Below, piece by piece: positions 1 through 11,158 of a DNA stretch of 64,000 bases; position 1 is the first letter of the stretch; each line of letters starts with the position of its first letter. The notes beneath the pieces were generated by a model, which was not told where the DNA came from, did not search any database, and worked only from the letters and a program-made list of their open reading frames with translations. Origin of the DNA: Girardia tigrina (lineage: Eukaryota); assembly GCA_001938485.1 (NCBI GenBank), contig MQRK01233137.1:1-64000 (forward strand). Direction: 5' to 3'. The position numbers and the translations under genes were made by a program.

Positions 1-1693
1 GGGGGGGGGGTTGTGTGTCGAATGCCCATTTTTCCCCTACTATATTTTTATAAACAAACTTGATTTAACCATTAAACCAGTTGTTCTCAACCTTGTAATT
101 GCTTCGCTCCATTTTCAATGTTAAAATATTTCTTCACACTCCCAAAAGTAGTAATTTTTATTTTTGTAAAAATAAAATAATTTTTTTCGAAATAAATATT
201 TTATGAAAAAACAATAACTTCACAACCAAAATGTTCCTATTGTTAGTGACTACACTGTTGTTTATTTAATTTGTTGGAGATGAAGTTGTTTTTAATAACT
301 ACCCGTAAATCCTCACTTGCATTTAATCGATTTTTGTATTTAAATGTAATAATTAAGAGAAGACTATTTACCATAATTACGTAGTGTAAAAGCATGTGTT
401 ACTTATCAAGTCATGGGTTGAATTGTATCGGTGCAACCTTTTGGTCACTGTGTAACATGAAACCATGTGCCTCTGATTTTGGTGGTTATAAAAGATGAAA
501 AATGTACTTGGTTTTTTGAATAAATTTTATTTTACTGTAAAAAATATCCATGTCATGGATTAAACTCACATTCTGTAACTTATCACATGATATTGTTGTC
601 ATTTTGTTCAATGTCATCCAGAAAATCTTTTAATTATTAGCATCATACTTTTAGGATATTACATGATTATTACTTAATAATTAAAAAAGATAGGAATTAA
701 TGTAATCAAGCACTTAAAGAAAATAAATTATTAAAAATAAAAACAAAAATTTAAATATCTTGGTGACAAAATTTATGTTATTTGGATATTATTAAAGATA
801 TTATTAAAGTTAATTATTCGTTTTTTCTGCAAAATTCTAAGAATTAAGACAGCTTTACATTGCTGATATAGATAATTAAAATGAGCTGTTCGATTATATT
901 TTCGATTCTTTGTTATTTTGGGATATGAATAGAATTGAAGTCAACACTGATTTAAAAGGACTAATCGGATTTAATTTACATTAATTAACAGGCAATTAGG
1001 CCTCCTCCCTCCGATGGCTCAAAAAGAGTAACATGTGAAAACAATAGATCATAGAGCTTTTCAGGAGCTGAGTCGGTGTATCATTGTACAAACATTTACA
1101 TGCAAGTTCTCAACTGATTACGGGCCCCGCCATTACGCGTTTCCATATATCCACTCAGGATAGCACTGCCTTTAACGGTGGTGGATTGCCAACCCTTGTC
1201 CACCATAATATGTTGGTCAGCACCCCAACAAGGCAAGCTTCGGACACTTTATGCTAGAAACGAACTCTAGTTTCCCAGGGACTCCGCTTGGAGGTATGTA
1301 TGACTGGTTTAATATAGGTTACCAATGTAACAGGCTAGTAATATTTGTATATCTTCTGCCTTTAGAACAACCGTTGAAATACTTTCCTTCTTCTTCTGGT
1401 GGTTACATGATTTTCTGAAATATTTGGAAATTCTACTATGTTAGAATTGAAAAAAACTTTTAAATACAGTTTATTTTGATTTGCACAATCAAATGTAGAC
1501 AAAGCTGAATACTTATAGAGCTTTTCGATAAATTAAATAAATTTTTCATTCGTTTAATAATCATTGAAACCAATTTAAAATTTTTCGCAATCCTTTGCAT
1601 AAATATTTTGAAGTGAATACATAAAATTGAGTTACATCATTATGTTCCATAATTATTATGCTCTTAAGCTTTAAGGCCTTATTATTTATTTAA

Positions 1694-1913
1694 CCACTTA
1701 AAGCACCTTTTATTTTAGAATTTAGTGGTTAAAAATCATCGTATTTTTTATACAACAATAGTAAACATGTACAGTTTAGTTCAAACATCGAATTATATTC
1801 GGGTAAAATAAATGCGGAACATTAAGAATATGAATGCCTGATCTGGGTTCGGGCATTCGCAAATTTGCCACTTTTGTATACCCGAACGGAGTTTGGGCAC
1901 GTGCATTAAGTAG
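1694..1913. mobile_element. piggyBac-like MITE (~220 bp)
   Basis: TTAA at 1690-1693 and 1914-1917 flank imperfect TIRs CCACTTAAAGCAC / revcomp CTACTTAATGCAC. Internal cccgaa/ttcggg repeats, no ORF. Confidence 0.45.
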
Positions 1914-4900
1914 TTAATCTTATATTTATTTAAACAATGGGTCTGTAATTTCTTTAATAATCTATGCAATCAATTTCCTAATTTTTTAAACATATTTCTT
2001 TTGAATATATTTTTTTCTTTATATTGAATAATAAAATCCGTCAGTACTATTTTTATTTATATTGTACTATAGTTTTTTTTTGTTTTTTAACATTTAAAAA
2101 TAGTATTATTAATCTTTTAGTACCTCTACCATTTTATTATAATATTAACATAGCCTCTGAAATAACCTTTTTAAACATTTCGCAATTATTTTAATTATAT
2201 TTAATTGATCAACCTCATTTTGTAATAACGATTTCGGAAAAGTAAAAGTAGTATTTTTAAGCTTCCACCGACTGGACGGATAACTGAGTATCTTGGATAC
2301 TACAGTACCAGCATTGGTGTACACGGTAGTGAGCCAGAGACTGTATCTCTGACGTTGTTAAAGCAGTATGACAGATCGGAAACTAAAAAAATCATAATGA
2401 CAGATAGATGTTTAATGTTTTTTTACTTTTCAAGTGTTTGTATCTAATTACGTTAGTTATGTAAATATTACCAAAAATATAACGTTTTACCCAAAATAGT
2501 TTGGGTGTGCAAACCATTCGAGGTAACACGGTAGTTAAAGGCTTAAGCCATCTATTCTTCAGGAGATGTTGTAAAAACTGTAATACTCAAGTGATAAATA
2601 AAATCTGAATGCTAATAAATCAATAATTAGTGGCTCTAAATCAAAGCTGACCCCCTGAATCTTACCTATTTTCTGGCTCTCCTTTTACAACAGAAAAATT
2701 TGTTCATACTTATTCTAATTCGTTAGTATTATGCTCAATGTCAGACTATTCAAACTAATTAAAACTATTAAAGTATCACAATTATTATTCATTTCTACCG
2801 ATATTATTCTCTGACACACTTCTGATATTAATAGTATTTAATATTTGAAGTGTGTCGGCCCGACACGCATTGTATTTAATTACCAAAAATGTTTGTCATG
2901 AAATGTTTTATGTAATAAAATTTGTATTTATGCAACAGTAATTTTTGTTTATGTAATCCACAGAAGATTAGACTGATAATTTATTGCCTCTAAAACACGC
3001 ATAATCTGAATTTATTTTTAAACAGATATTTTCAAAAATAATGTTCATTTAAAAATGTTTTGGACATGATGTACATTTATTATTAATGTGGCTGTTTACA
3101 ATTAATAATATCACAAATTTTGATATTTTAAATATAAAATAGTTTGTAATATTGTGAAAGTGTCTAGTTATAGTTTCTTAAGTATATCAGTTAAAGTGTC
3201 TTGAAATAAGCGTTGGAGTTCTTCATCCTTATCAAGTGTTCCTAGGCAGTTTCTCAAAAGGACAAATGTCCACAGTTGATATTTCTATGCATTACGTGTA
3301 ATAATCATTTAAGTATTGGTTTTTTCCTGATGCTTAAAAATTATAACCACCAATGATTAAAATATTGAATAACTAAATGAAAAGGACTTCGTCCTTTCTG
3401 GATTTTGAGCGTTCGGGAATTCGGTCTCGGAATTGTGTCATTCAAAATTATGTTGCTTTAGTACTTTGGAATTCTCAGCGCACCCTTTTGTGTATCTTAT
3501 GTCTGATCTCTACAGTAATAATTAACAAGTAACCGAAAAACATAATAAAAAAATGAAACCAATAATAAATCAGAAATCCGAATTTTATCATTCAATATTT
3601 ATTGAAAAAAACAACAATACACAATCTCCTAGTCGGGTGTTGTTCTCATTGTATTTTGACCAACCTTTCTAAAGTTCCAACCAATCTTTCCTGTCTTAAA
3701 GACTATTAAAACTTAACAAATTATCACAATTACAAATTACTTATTTCAAATATTGCATCGAGAGGTTCCCTCTGAATTATCCAATCTTCAGAGAAAGAGA
3801 ACGCCGTAAGGAGTTTATACCCACGTTCCTTTATTCTGTAACACCCTTCCTGTGGATCGTAAAAGCCCTGTAAAAAATCTGAAATAACGAAATAATTAAT
3901 CACCGAAGCAGATCCCAAATAAGAAAACTTACGATTTCAAAAATGGCCGTCGCACAATCATAATCAACTGACACGATATCACTAAAAGAAGCCATCAATC
4001 ATAAGTTACCTGAATTTTGCCAGGGCTGCTACCCTGTGTGCATCGAGTCCGATCCGCATCAATATGACGGTTGTGTGACACACCGCATGTGCTACCAGAA
4101 GGTCTCGGCCACTCTGTGCTCCAGAATTGGTATTTAAGCAGCGTACAATCAATCTAGAGCTCCTTAGTAGTATCATTAAGATTATTTACTAATTATCAAA
4201 TACTTATTACTAACTTATCTTTTAATTTTCAATCACCGATGACCAGTTTTTCAATTTTCGACTGCCAATTTTCAATTCCCATCAAATATCACTTCGAGGA
4301 GTATAATCAATAACCGATATTATGGAAAGAGAAATTGGGTGTAATTTCCTTTTCCATTAACTTTATTGAATGATTATATAAAGAGGTGAGTAATATGTAT
4401 TAAGAACACAATATGCACAAGATTGTTAATGAATATAATTAATTGTCAAATCATTCAGTGACAATAAGTATCTTTCTGGCCAAGTCAAAATGAGTGAACC
4501 GAAATTATCACATAGAATTTGGTGTACTAACGCTGATTTCACTGTTTAGTCTGTTACTAAATATCGTGTTTGGGTTTTAGAAAACCCACACGACTGGGGA
4601 TGCCACAACTTGATAAGCCCGTGGTTTCGTCCGGATCCGCTCGGTCAAGTCTGTCGTTTTGCCTACCGTCTCCGTGATCGCCTGTTCAGTATTCTGAAGT
4701 GTTCTGGTACTGGAAGCTCAAAGAAAGTATCAACTCATTTAAATGAGTCTCGTAGTTCACCTTTGCACTCCCGGAGTGCAAGCCGATAATCATAGATATT
4801 GCTGTTTGCGATCGCCGAGCCGATCGCATATCGATCCCAAAATTAGATAAGATTCGGTGAGAAGAAAATACGAGAATCGGTTCGAAAGATTTATTCATAT

Positions 4901-5882
4901 TTGCATAAGCAGCGCGGTCAATATTGACATGGGTGGAGAGGTTGACAAAGGACTTTCGAGTTTTCACCATGATAGTTTTTGTAATCGTTTATTTCGTAAT
5001 TTATTTAAATTAGCAGAGAAAAACAAATATTTTATTTAACTTTTAAAATTAATTGATTTTTGTAATGTGTTTTTTGTTAATGTTTTTTTGCGTTAAATAA
5101 ATATTGTATTTTAATTTAAAATTGAAATTGTTGTGAGTCGCACATAACACTAAACATTAGTCGGATGAACTCGCAATGCAAGTGGTTTAAGTGTCGGTAG
5201 TTTGATGGAAATTCGTCGGTGAGAGTGCCCAGGAATGACGAATTTCCAGTTCCGGCTAAACCAGAAAACCCGACAAATGGATAGTGATAATCTCCAAAAA
5301 ATTGGAAATGATCAAGTAAATCTGATGGCACCGCTTTCTCTGAATTGGTAATTACAGTTTTTCTTCAAACCTTCGCTGGTGAGCCTGTCGAAGAAGAAGA
5401 ATTAGAGTGTCTTCCACGTTTTTTCGCCATCGTTACTGGCGTGGGTTTATTTTAATTAAGAAAGAGTTAACCACTGTTGGGATCCTGAAATAAAATATAT
5501 TAAATAATATGTATAAATATTTAAAAAATCAGTAACTATTGTGTATCATTTATTATTAATTATTTATATAATCATTGCTATTATCATTGTAATTATTATT
5601 TGGATATTCATATTACTATTAATAATATATTGAATATCAGTATTATTACTAAATGATTATAATTATTATTAATATTATTATTAGTAGTATTATTAAAATT
5701 ATTATGGTTGCTATTATTATAATTATCATTAGTTTTATTTGGTGTTGGTTGTTATTATTTAATTAATTATATTAATATTATTACTAATATTATTATTATA
5801 TTTATTATTATTATAATTATTTATATCATAATTATTTATTAAAAAATTTATTTCATTTAAGTGGCATTTATGCCACTATGAA

Positions 5883-6185
5883 GGTGCAAGTGCACCGTGA
5901 TAATAAGAAAATATACGGTGCATTCGCACCTCGTTTGACATTTAGGTGCATGCGCACCTCGTTTGACATTTAGGTGCAAGTGCACCGTGATAATAAGAAA
6001 ATATACGGTGCATTCGCACCTCGTTTGACATTTAGGTGCATTCGCACCTTGTTTGACATTTAGGTGCATGCGCACCTCGTTTGACATTTAGGTGCAAGTG
6101 CACCGATTTATTTCAAAATATGTGGTGCATGCACACCTAGTGAAAATTGGCATTTTTGCCGCTAATTGAGGTGCAAGCGCACCGG
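5883..6185. repeat. Array of palindromic GGTGC-N4-GCACC boxes in 28-34 bp units, probably DNA transposon subterminal repeats
   Basis: Two interleaved units, ggtgcattcgcacctcgtttgacattta and ggtgcaagtgcaccgtgataataagaaaatatac; about 10 boxes. Confidence 0.8.
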
Positions 6186-6431
6186 GAAAAAGAAAAGTAA
6201 ATAAAAAAATAAATCAATAATGGGTATAAATACCCTTACTTTTATAAGAAAGTCACAAAAATAATTGGGAAAAATAGTTGGTAAAAAGTGGTTAAAAAGA
6301 AATAATTTGGAATCCTCAATTGTTTAATAAACTGTTTATTAAAGCCGATTGTAATATTGAAAAATAAAAACAATTAAAACTGTTTGTTCAGTTATTGTGG
6401 TTCAAGTTAATTACTATAATAAATTTTGAGG

Positions 6432-6768
6432 GATCTCTTGCGAGATAATTGTGTATAAAAAATCGGTAGCATCTCTTGCGAGATAAACTGTTTAATTTGA
6501 TTGTCTCTTGTGAGGCAGTATTAAAGGTTGCAAAAGATTTAATCTCCTGCGAGATTACATTATATCAGATATTTCTCATTCGAGATAATATTTGAAATAT
6601 AAATCGAAAAAATCTCATTCGAGATTTAAATTGTTGGCGATCCTCAAGAGAGGAATATTTACTGAACCTCAAGCGAGGAATAACTGTTAAAAGTATACAA
6701 ATAGTTGGAAGAACCTTCTGAACTCAAAGTCAGATTACGTGTCGATACTATAAAACTCAAGAGAGTTA
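6432..6768 (-). repeat. Dispersed array of ~9 short hairpins (CTC-N4-GAG core)
   Basis: atctcttgcgagat (twice), aatctcctgcgagatt, aaatctcattcgagattt, tcctcaagagagga, aactcaagagagtt and similar, separated by non-repeated spacers. Confidence 0.65.
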
Positions 6769-7130
6769 AAGAAATAATTTTTATCAAATACCCAACACCA
6801 CTGATGCTTGAAAACATATGAGCGTCATTTTTTTGTCTTTCTGGTAGCTTTCAGATGCACCTGTCCTGTGGGTATAACAGCCAACTGTTGAAAATAGCGA
6901 GATAGAAAAGATGGAAAAATACATGACGGTACCATTTTCGTATATTCATCCATACACGATAATAGTTTGTATGCGCGTCATACAAATCCACACCTTTTAT
7001 ATTCTTGTTATAAATTAGCACAATCTTTGGACTGGGAATTTCCGCGTGGTCGTGTTCTATGTGACTTATTTATATTTGAAATTAATTTTTTTCACAAACT
7101 AAAATATAATCATCATAGCTGTTCTATTAT

Positions 7131-7632
7131 TATTAAGAACATTTAAATAAGTCCCGTTTGAATTTTTATTACAATCACATTTAGGGTCATTATGACTCTC
7201 AGAAAGTCTTTCATCATTTGTCATCTTTCTAATTGGTTTTCTTATTTCTGTTTTAATCATGATTATTCGAACAATTTTCTAAGTTATTTTTTTTAAAATA
7301 TTTAACCTCTAAAAATATTAATCAAAAAATAATAATTTTTACAATTTCTAAATAAATCCCAAAATAATAAAAATGTCATCAAATTATTAAAAATGCATTT
7401 AATTTAAATTTTACTAAAATTATTAAACTTAATTTTAATTGTGAAATTAAAAATACGAATTTATCAAATGATTATTTTAATTATGTTCGAATAGTCAATC
7501 ACTTTAAATTTAAATAAAAAAATACCAATTTCCATCTGGGTGGGAGAATCACCATTCTAAATTCAACATACCTAAATCAACATACAGCATCCATACATTT
7601 ACACATTCAAACAATTTAAAATATTCCTCACA
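7131..7632 (-). repeat. 3' LTR of Gypsy element
   Basis: Near-identical to 10657-11158. Starts TGTGAGGAAT, ends CTTAATA, preceded by short purine-rich GAGGTGGA (weak PPT). Confidence 0.95.
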
Positions 7633-9655
7633 TCCACCTCGGTTTAAATTGCTTTAGCCATTCTACATTTCTGATCAAGATCCTGCCGTTCTCTAGTTGT
7701 ATCTCATAACTTCTTTCGTGTCTTTGCTTTATAATTTTAGCTGGTCCCATATAACGATCATCATCTTTTGATGGGTTAACTTTCTTTATCAAGACTTTAT
7801 CTCTAACCTGAAATATTCGCTTTGTTTCAATTATATTTTTATTTTCTTTTTCTCCACTTTTTCCTTCTGTTGTAGTTTTCCACCAATGTCTTAGTTTTCT
7901 TCCGAAGATTATCTCAGCTGGAGATATTCCAGTTGTTGCTTCAATTGTACCGTTTAACATGAATTCTATTTCTGCCAACATTTCTACCCAATCTCTATGC
8001 ATTTCATCCTGTAATCGTATATTTATGGCGTCTCTTATTGTTCTGAATTGTCTTTCAATGATTCCGTTAGTGTTGTGGTGATAAACGTTTGAATAGATTA
8101 TCTCCGTCTTAAATTTCTTCGTCGTTTCTTTAAAGAGTGCTGATTCGAAAGTTTTCCCTTTATCAACGTGTATCTCTTTTAGTGGTCCGAATTTCCAAAT
8201 CCATTTCTCTAATAGTACCTTTCGTGTAGTCTTCTCGTGTTGGTGTGTCACTGCGGTCAAGCTGATGTATCTACTAAATTGATCGATTATTGCTAAAATG
8301 TATTGGTATACATTCATAGTCCTTCTGAATGGTTCGCAAAAGTCTTCTTAATGTTCTTTTATAAATGTTTTTCTTTGTCTTTTGCAAAGATTAGAATATC
8401 GTCTAGGTATACAACTGCTTCTTTCCAGTTTAATTCTCCTAACACTCTTGTCATTAGTTCTTGAAATGTTGCTGGGGCAGCTGCAATTCCGAATGGCATT
8501 CTTTTAAAACAATATTGGCCGTTCTTTGTCGAAAATGCAGTTTTTAATTTTGAATCGTTCTCCAATTCAACTTGATGATATGCACTCCCAAAGTCGATTG
8601 TGCTGAAGTATTTCGCTCCATTTAATGTATTTAGCATTTCTTCTACATTTGACATTGGAAATGCTGATATGATTGTGACTTTATTTAATTGTCGAAAATC
8701 AACACATACTCGGATATCCTGTTTGTCTTTTTTTCCATGCGCATACTAGCGGAAAATTCCACGGCGCACTGCATTTTTCAATGATATCATTTTCCTCGTA
8801 ATTCTTGATAATATCATCTAGTTTTCCTCAAAGTGTTTTGGCTGTCGGTACGGTTTTACCAATATTGGTTCTCCTTGCGTTTCAATTTTATGCTTAGTTA
8901 GTGTGGTCTTCCCTATATCCCATTTTTCCGCCATAAATATCATTTTATATTATATTAGTAATTTTATTAATTGTTCATCTATTTTATCTGCGTATATTTC
9001 CCTTATTCTTTTAAGTTTGTCTCCATCAGTTAAAGTATCGCGTATTACCAGCATTCCTTCGTCGTATCCTGTTTCTTTATTTAGTTTTATGCTGAATTTA
9101 TTTAGAAAATCAATTCCTGCAATCATTTCGGGTTCTAAATCTTTTACCATAAAAAATCCACTGTTTTCTGTATTCTTTTAATCTTAATCTTTAGTTGTAC
9201 TATTCCGTAATTTACTAGTTCCGAGTCGTTAGCACAGTGTATACGTTTTTTGTCTCCTTTATTTTGACATCTTTGATATTTTTGAGTAAATCTACTTTAA
9301 TTACATTGACTTGTGCTCCCGTATCCAATAGACATCGTACTTTTTTATTCTTTATTTGAAATTCTATATTCGGTCTTCCTTTCAGTTCTTCGTATTCTAT
9401 TTTAAACTTTGATATTTTCATTATATCTGTGCTTCTTTCTTCATCTTTTTCTATGATCAAACTGTCACATTTCTCATTGTGTATTTCATTTTCACCATCT
9501 AATATACACAATTCCTGAGGAATATTTTCAACAGCATCCTATACACAACATATGTCATCATACAAACAATCATTCATACAGTCAAACATACACATACATT
9601 CGTTTCTTAGTGAAGTGTACTGATCACTTCTCCCTGTGACCGTGCCTCCTCGTTT
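7628..9655 (-). pseudogene. pol: pol fragments: aspartic protease, RT N-terminal half, integrase core and C-terminus
   Basis: LLDTGA (protease), MPFG and YLDD (RT), IDQFSR, HVDKG and TNGIIERQFR (integrase). RT C-terminus, RNase H and HHCC are absent at a junction near 8345. Confidence 0.93.
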
Positions 9656-10750
9656 CCCTGTTCGTCTCTGAAATTTTTCTTGTTTGTAATATTTTCTCTT
9701 CTTGTTAGACTTCCTCCTTTATTCGATCTTTCCGACATTTTTTTCCCACTCATCATCAGAGTCTTCTAATTCTGCTACTTGGTCTCTTTTATTCTTATAT
9801 TCCATCCAACCTCTGTACTGTGTGTTTGCGTATTCTTTTCCTTCATTTCTTCTAATCCTTGTATCTTCTCTTCCAGATTGTTCGCGTTCTCTAAATCTGT
9901 TTGGATTCTCATAACATTGTGTTCTTACATGCCCTTTCTTATTACAATGGTTGCATTTAACATTTGGACATTCCTATCTCACATGTCCTTCTTCATGGCA
10001 GGCCCGACATATGATCCTTCTCGCATTAAAATTTCTTCTTGGTTCTTCGATCTTTCTCTCTTCGTATCTTGGTCTCGGTCTTCTTGTTCTATATTCTACT
10101 TTCTTCCATTCTTTATTTTCCTTTGTCGTGTATGCGTCCACTCTTATATTCCTTTGCCCTTTCAGCTCAAATTCGTAAATTTTCTCTTGGATATTTTTTA
10201 TATCTTCTACTTTTGTGGCATTTCTCAGAATCATTTCTTTTCTTACTTCTCTATCTTCGATGGCATTGGCGTAAGCTAGATCTGACAGTTCCTTTTTTCC
10301 TAGTTTTTTCTCAACTAGTTTTTCAAGTAGTTCATCAATCTTTTTAAATATTTCTGATGGATTTTTATCCCCGATTCTAATCTCTACAAGCTCCTTCATT
10401 ATCTCTAAAATATTCTTCTCTTTCGAGAATGCACTTCTCATTCTTGATTCCCAGCTTCCTTCTTGTATCTTCTCATATTTGTTTATCACTTCTGGGGTCA
10501 TGAATGCTGTAACTAATATCTCTTTTCTTTCTTCCATAAATCCCAAAATCTTTGAATATTTCTCAAAGCTTATTAAGAATTCTTCTAATTTTACTTCTGA
10601 CCCATCGAATGTCTCCGGTCTCTTGATCACTGGTGTCACGTGGTCGTGTGTCGCCATATTAAGAACATTTAGACAAGTCCCGTTTGAATTTTTATTACAA
10701 ACACATTTAGGGTCATTATGACTCTCAGAAAGTCTTTCATTGTTTGTCAT
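9607..10750 (-). pseudogene. gag: gag with two CCHC zinc knuckles
   Basis: ORF 9974-10750, then CRACHEEGHVR*EC and CNHCNKKGHVRTQC. Nonsense codon at 9974 and a later frameshift. Slippery GGGAAAC at 9652-9658. Confidence 0.9.
10639..10656 (-). promoter_or_regulatory. Canonical-type primer binding site (TGGCGAC..., possibly tRNA-Arg)
   Basis: TGG immediately after the LTR end. Partial similarity to the complement of the tRNA-Arg 3' end (TGGCGACCACG, recalled). Confidence 0.6.
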
Positions 10751-11158
10751 CTTCTAATTTGTTTTCTTATTTCTGTTTTAATCATGATTAGTCGAACAAT
10801 TTTTCTAAGTTATTTATTTAAAATATTTAACCTCTAAAAATATTAATTAAAAAATAATAATTTTTACAATTTCTAAATAAATCTCAAAATAATAAAAATG
10901 TAATCAAATTATTAAAAATGCATTTAATTTAAATTTTACTAAAAATTAATAAACTTAATTTTAATTGTGAAATTAAAAATATTAATTTATCAAATGATTA
11001 TTTTAATTATGTTCAAATAGTCAATCACTTTAAATTTAAATAAAAAAATACCAATTTCTATCTGGGTGGGAGCATCACCATTCTAAATTCAACATACTTA
11101 AATCAACATACAGCATCCATACATTTACACATTCAAATAATTTAAAATATTCCTCACA
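10657..11158 (-). repeat. 5' LTR of Gypsy element
   Basis: TGTGAGGAAT...GTTCTTAATA followed directly by TGGCGAC. Confidence 0.95.

Larger units (their letters stand above)
7131..11158 (-). mobile_element. Ty3/Gypsy LTR retrotransposon, full-length ends with internal pol deletion
   Basis: Two ~502 bp LTRs, 5-bp TSD ATTAT (7126-7130 and 11159-11163), PBS starting TGG, domain order gag-PR-RT-IN. Confidence 0.96.

Noticed and set aside
5883-6185. CRISPR-like array
   Set aside because: Spacers are repeated, there are no cas genes, and the context is eukaryotic.
6785-6805. Possible PBS TGGTGTTGGG on the minus strand
   Set aside because: No tRNA match I can recall and no paired LTR.
7111-7124. 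Another TAGCT-GT motif like the atypical PBS
   Set aside because: The upstream heptamer ATCATCA is not tRNA-like, and the site is flanking DNA outside the TSD.
7521-7556. U1-snRNA-like stretch in the LTR
   Set aside because: Similarity is short and lacks the ATACTTACC 5' end and Sm site; more likely an LTR promoter box.
9702-10721. Plus-strand ORFs opposite gag
   Set aside because: Antisense shadows of purine-rich gag coding sequence.
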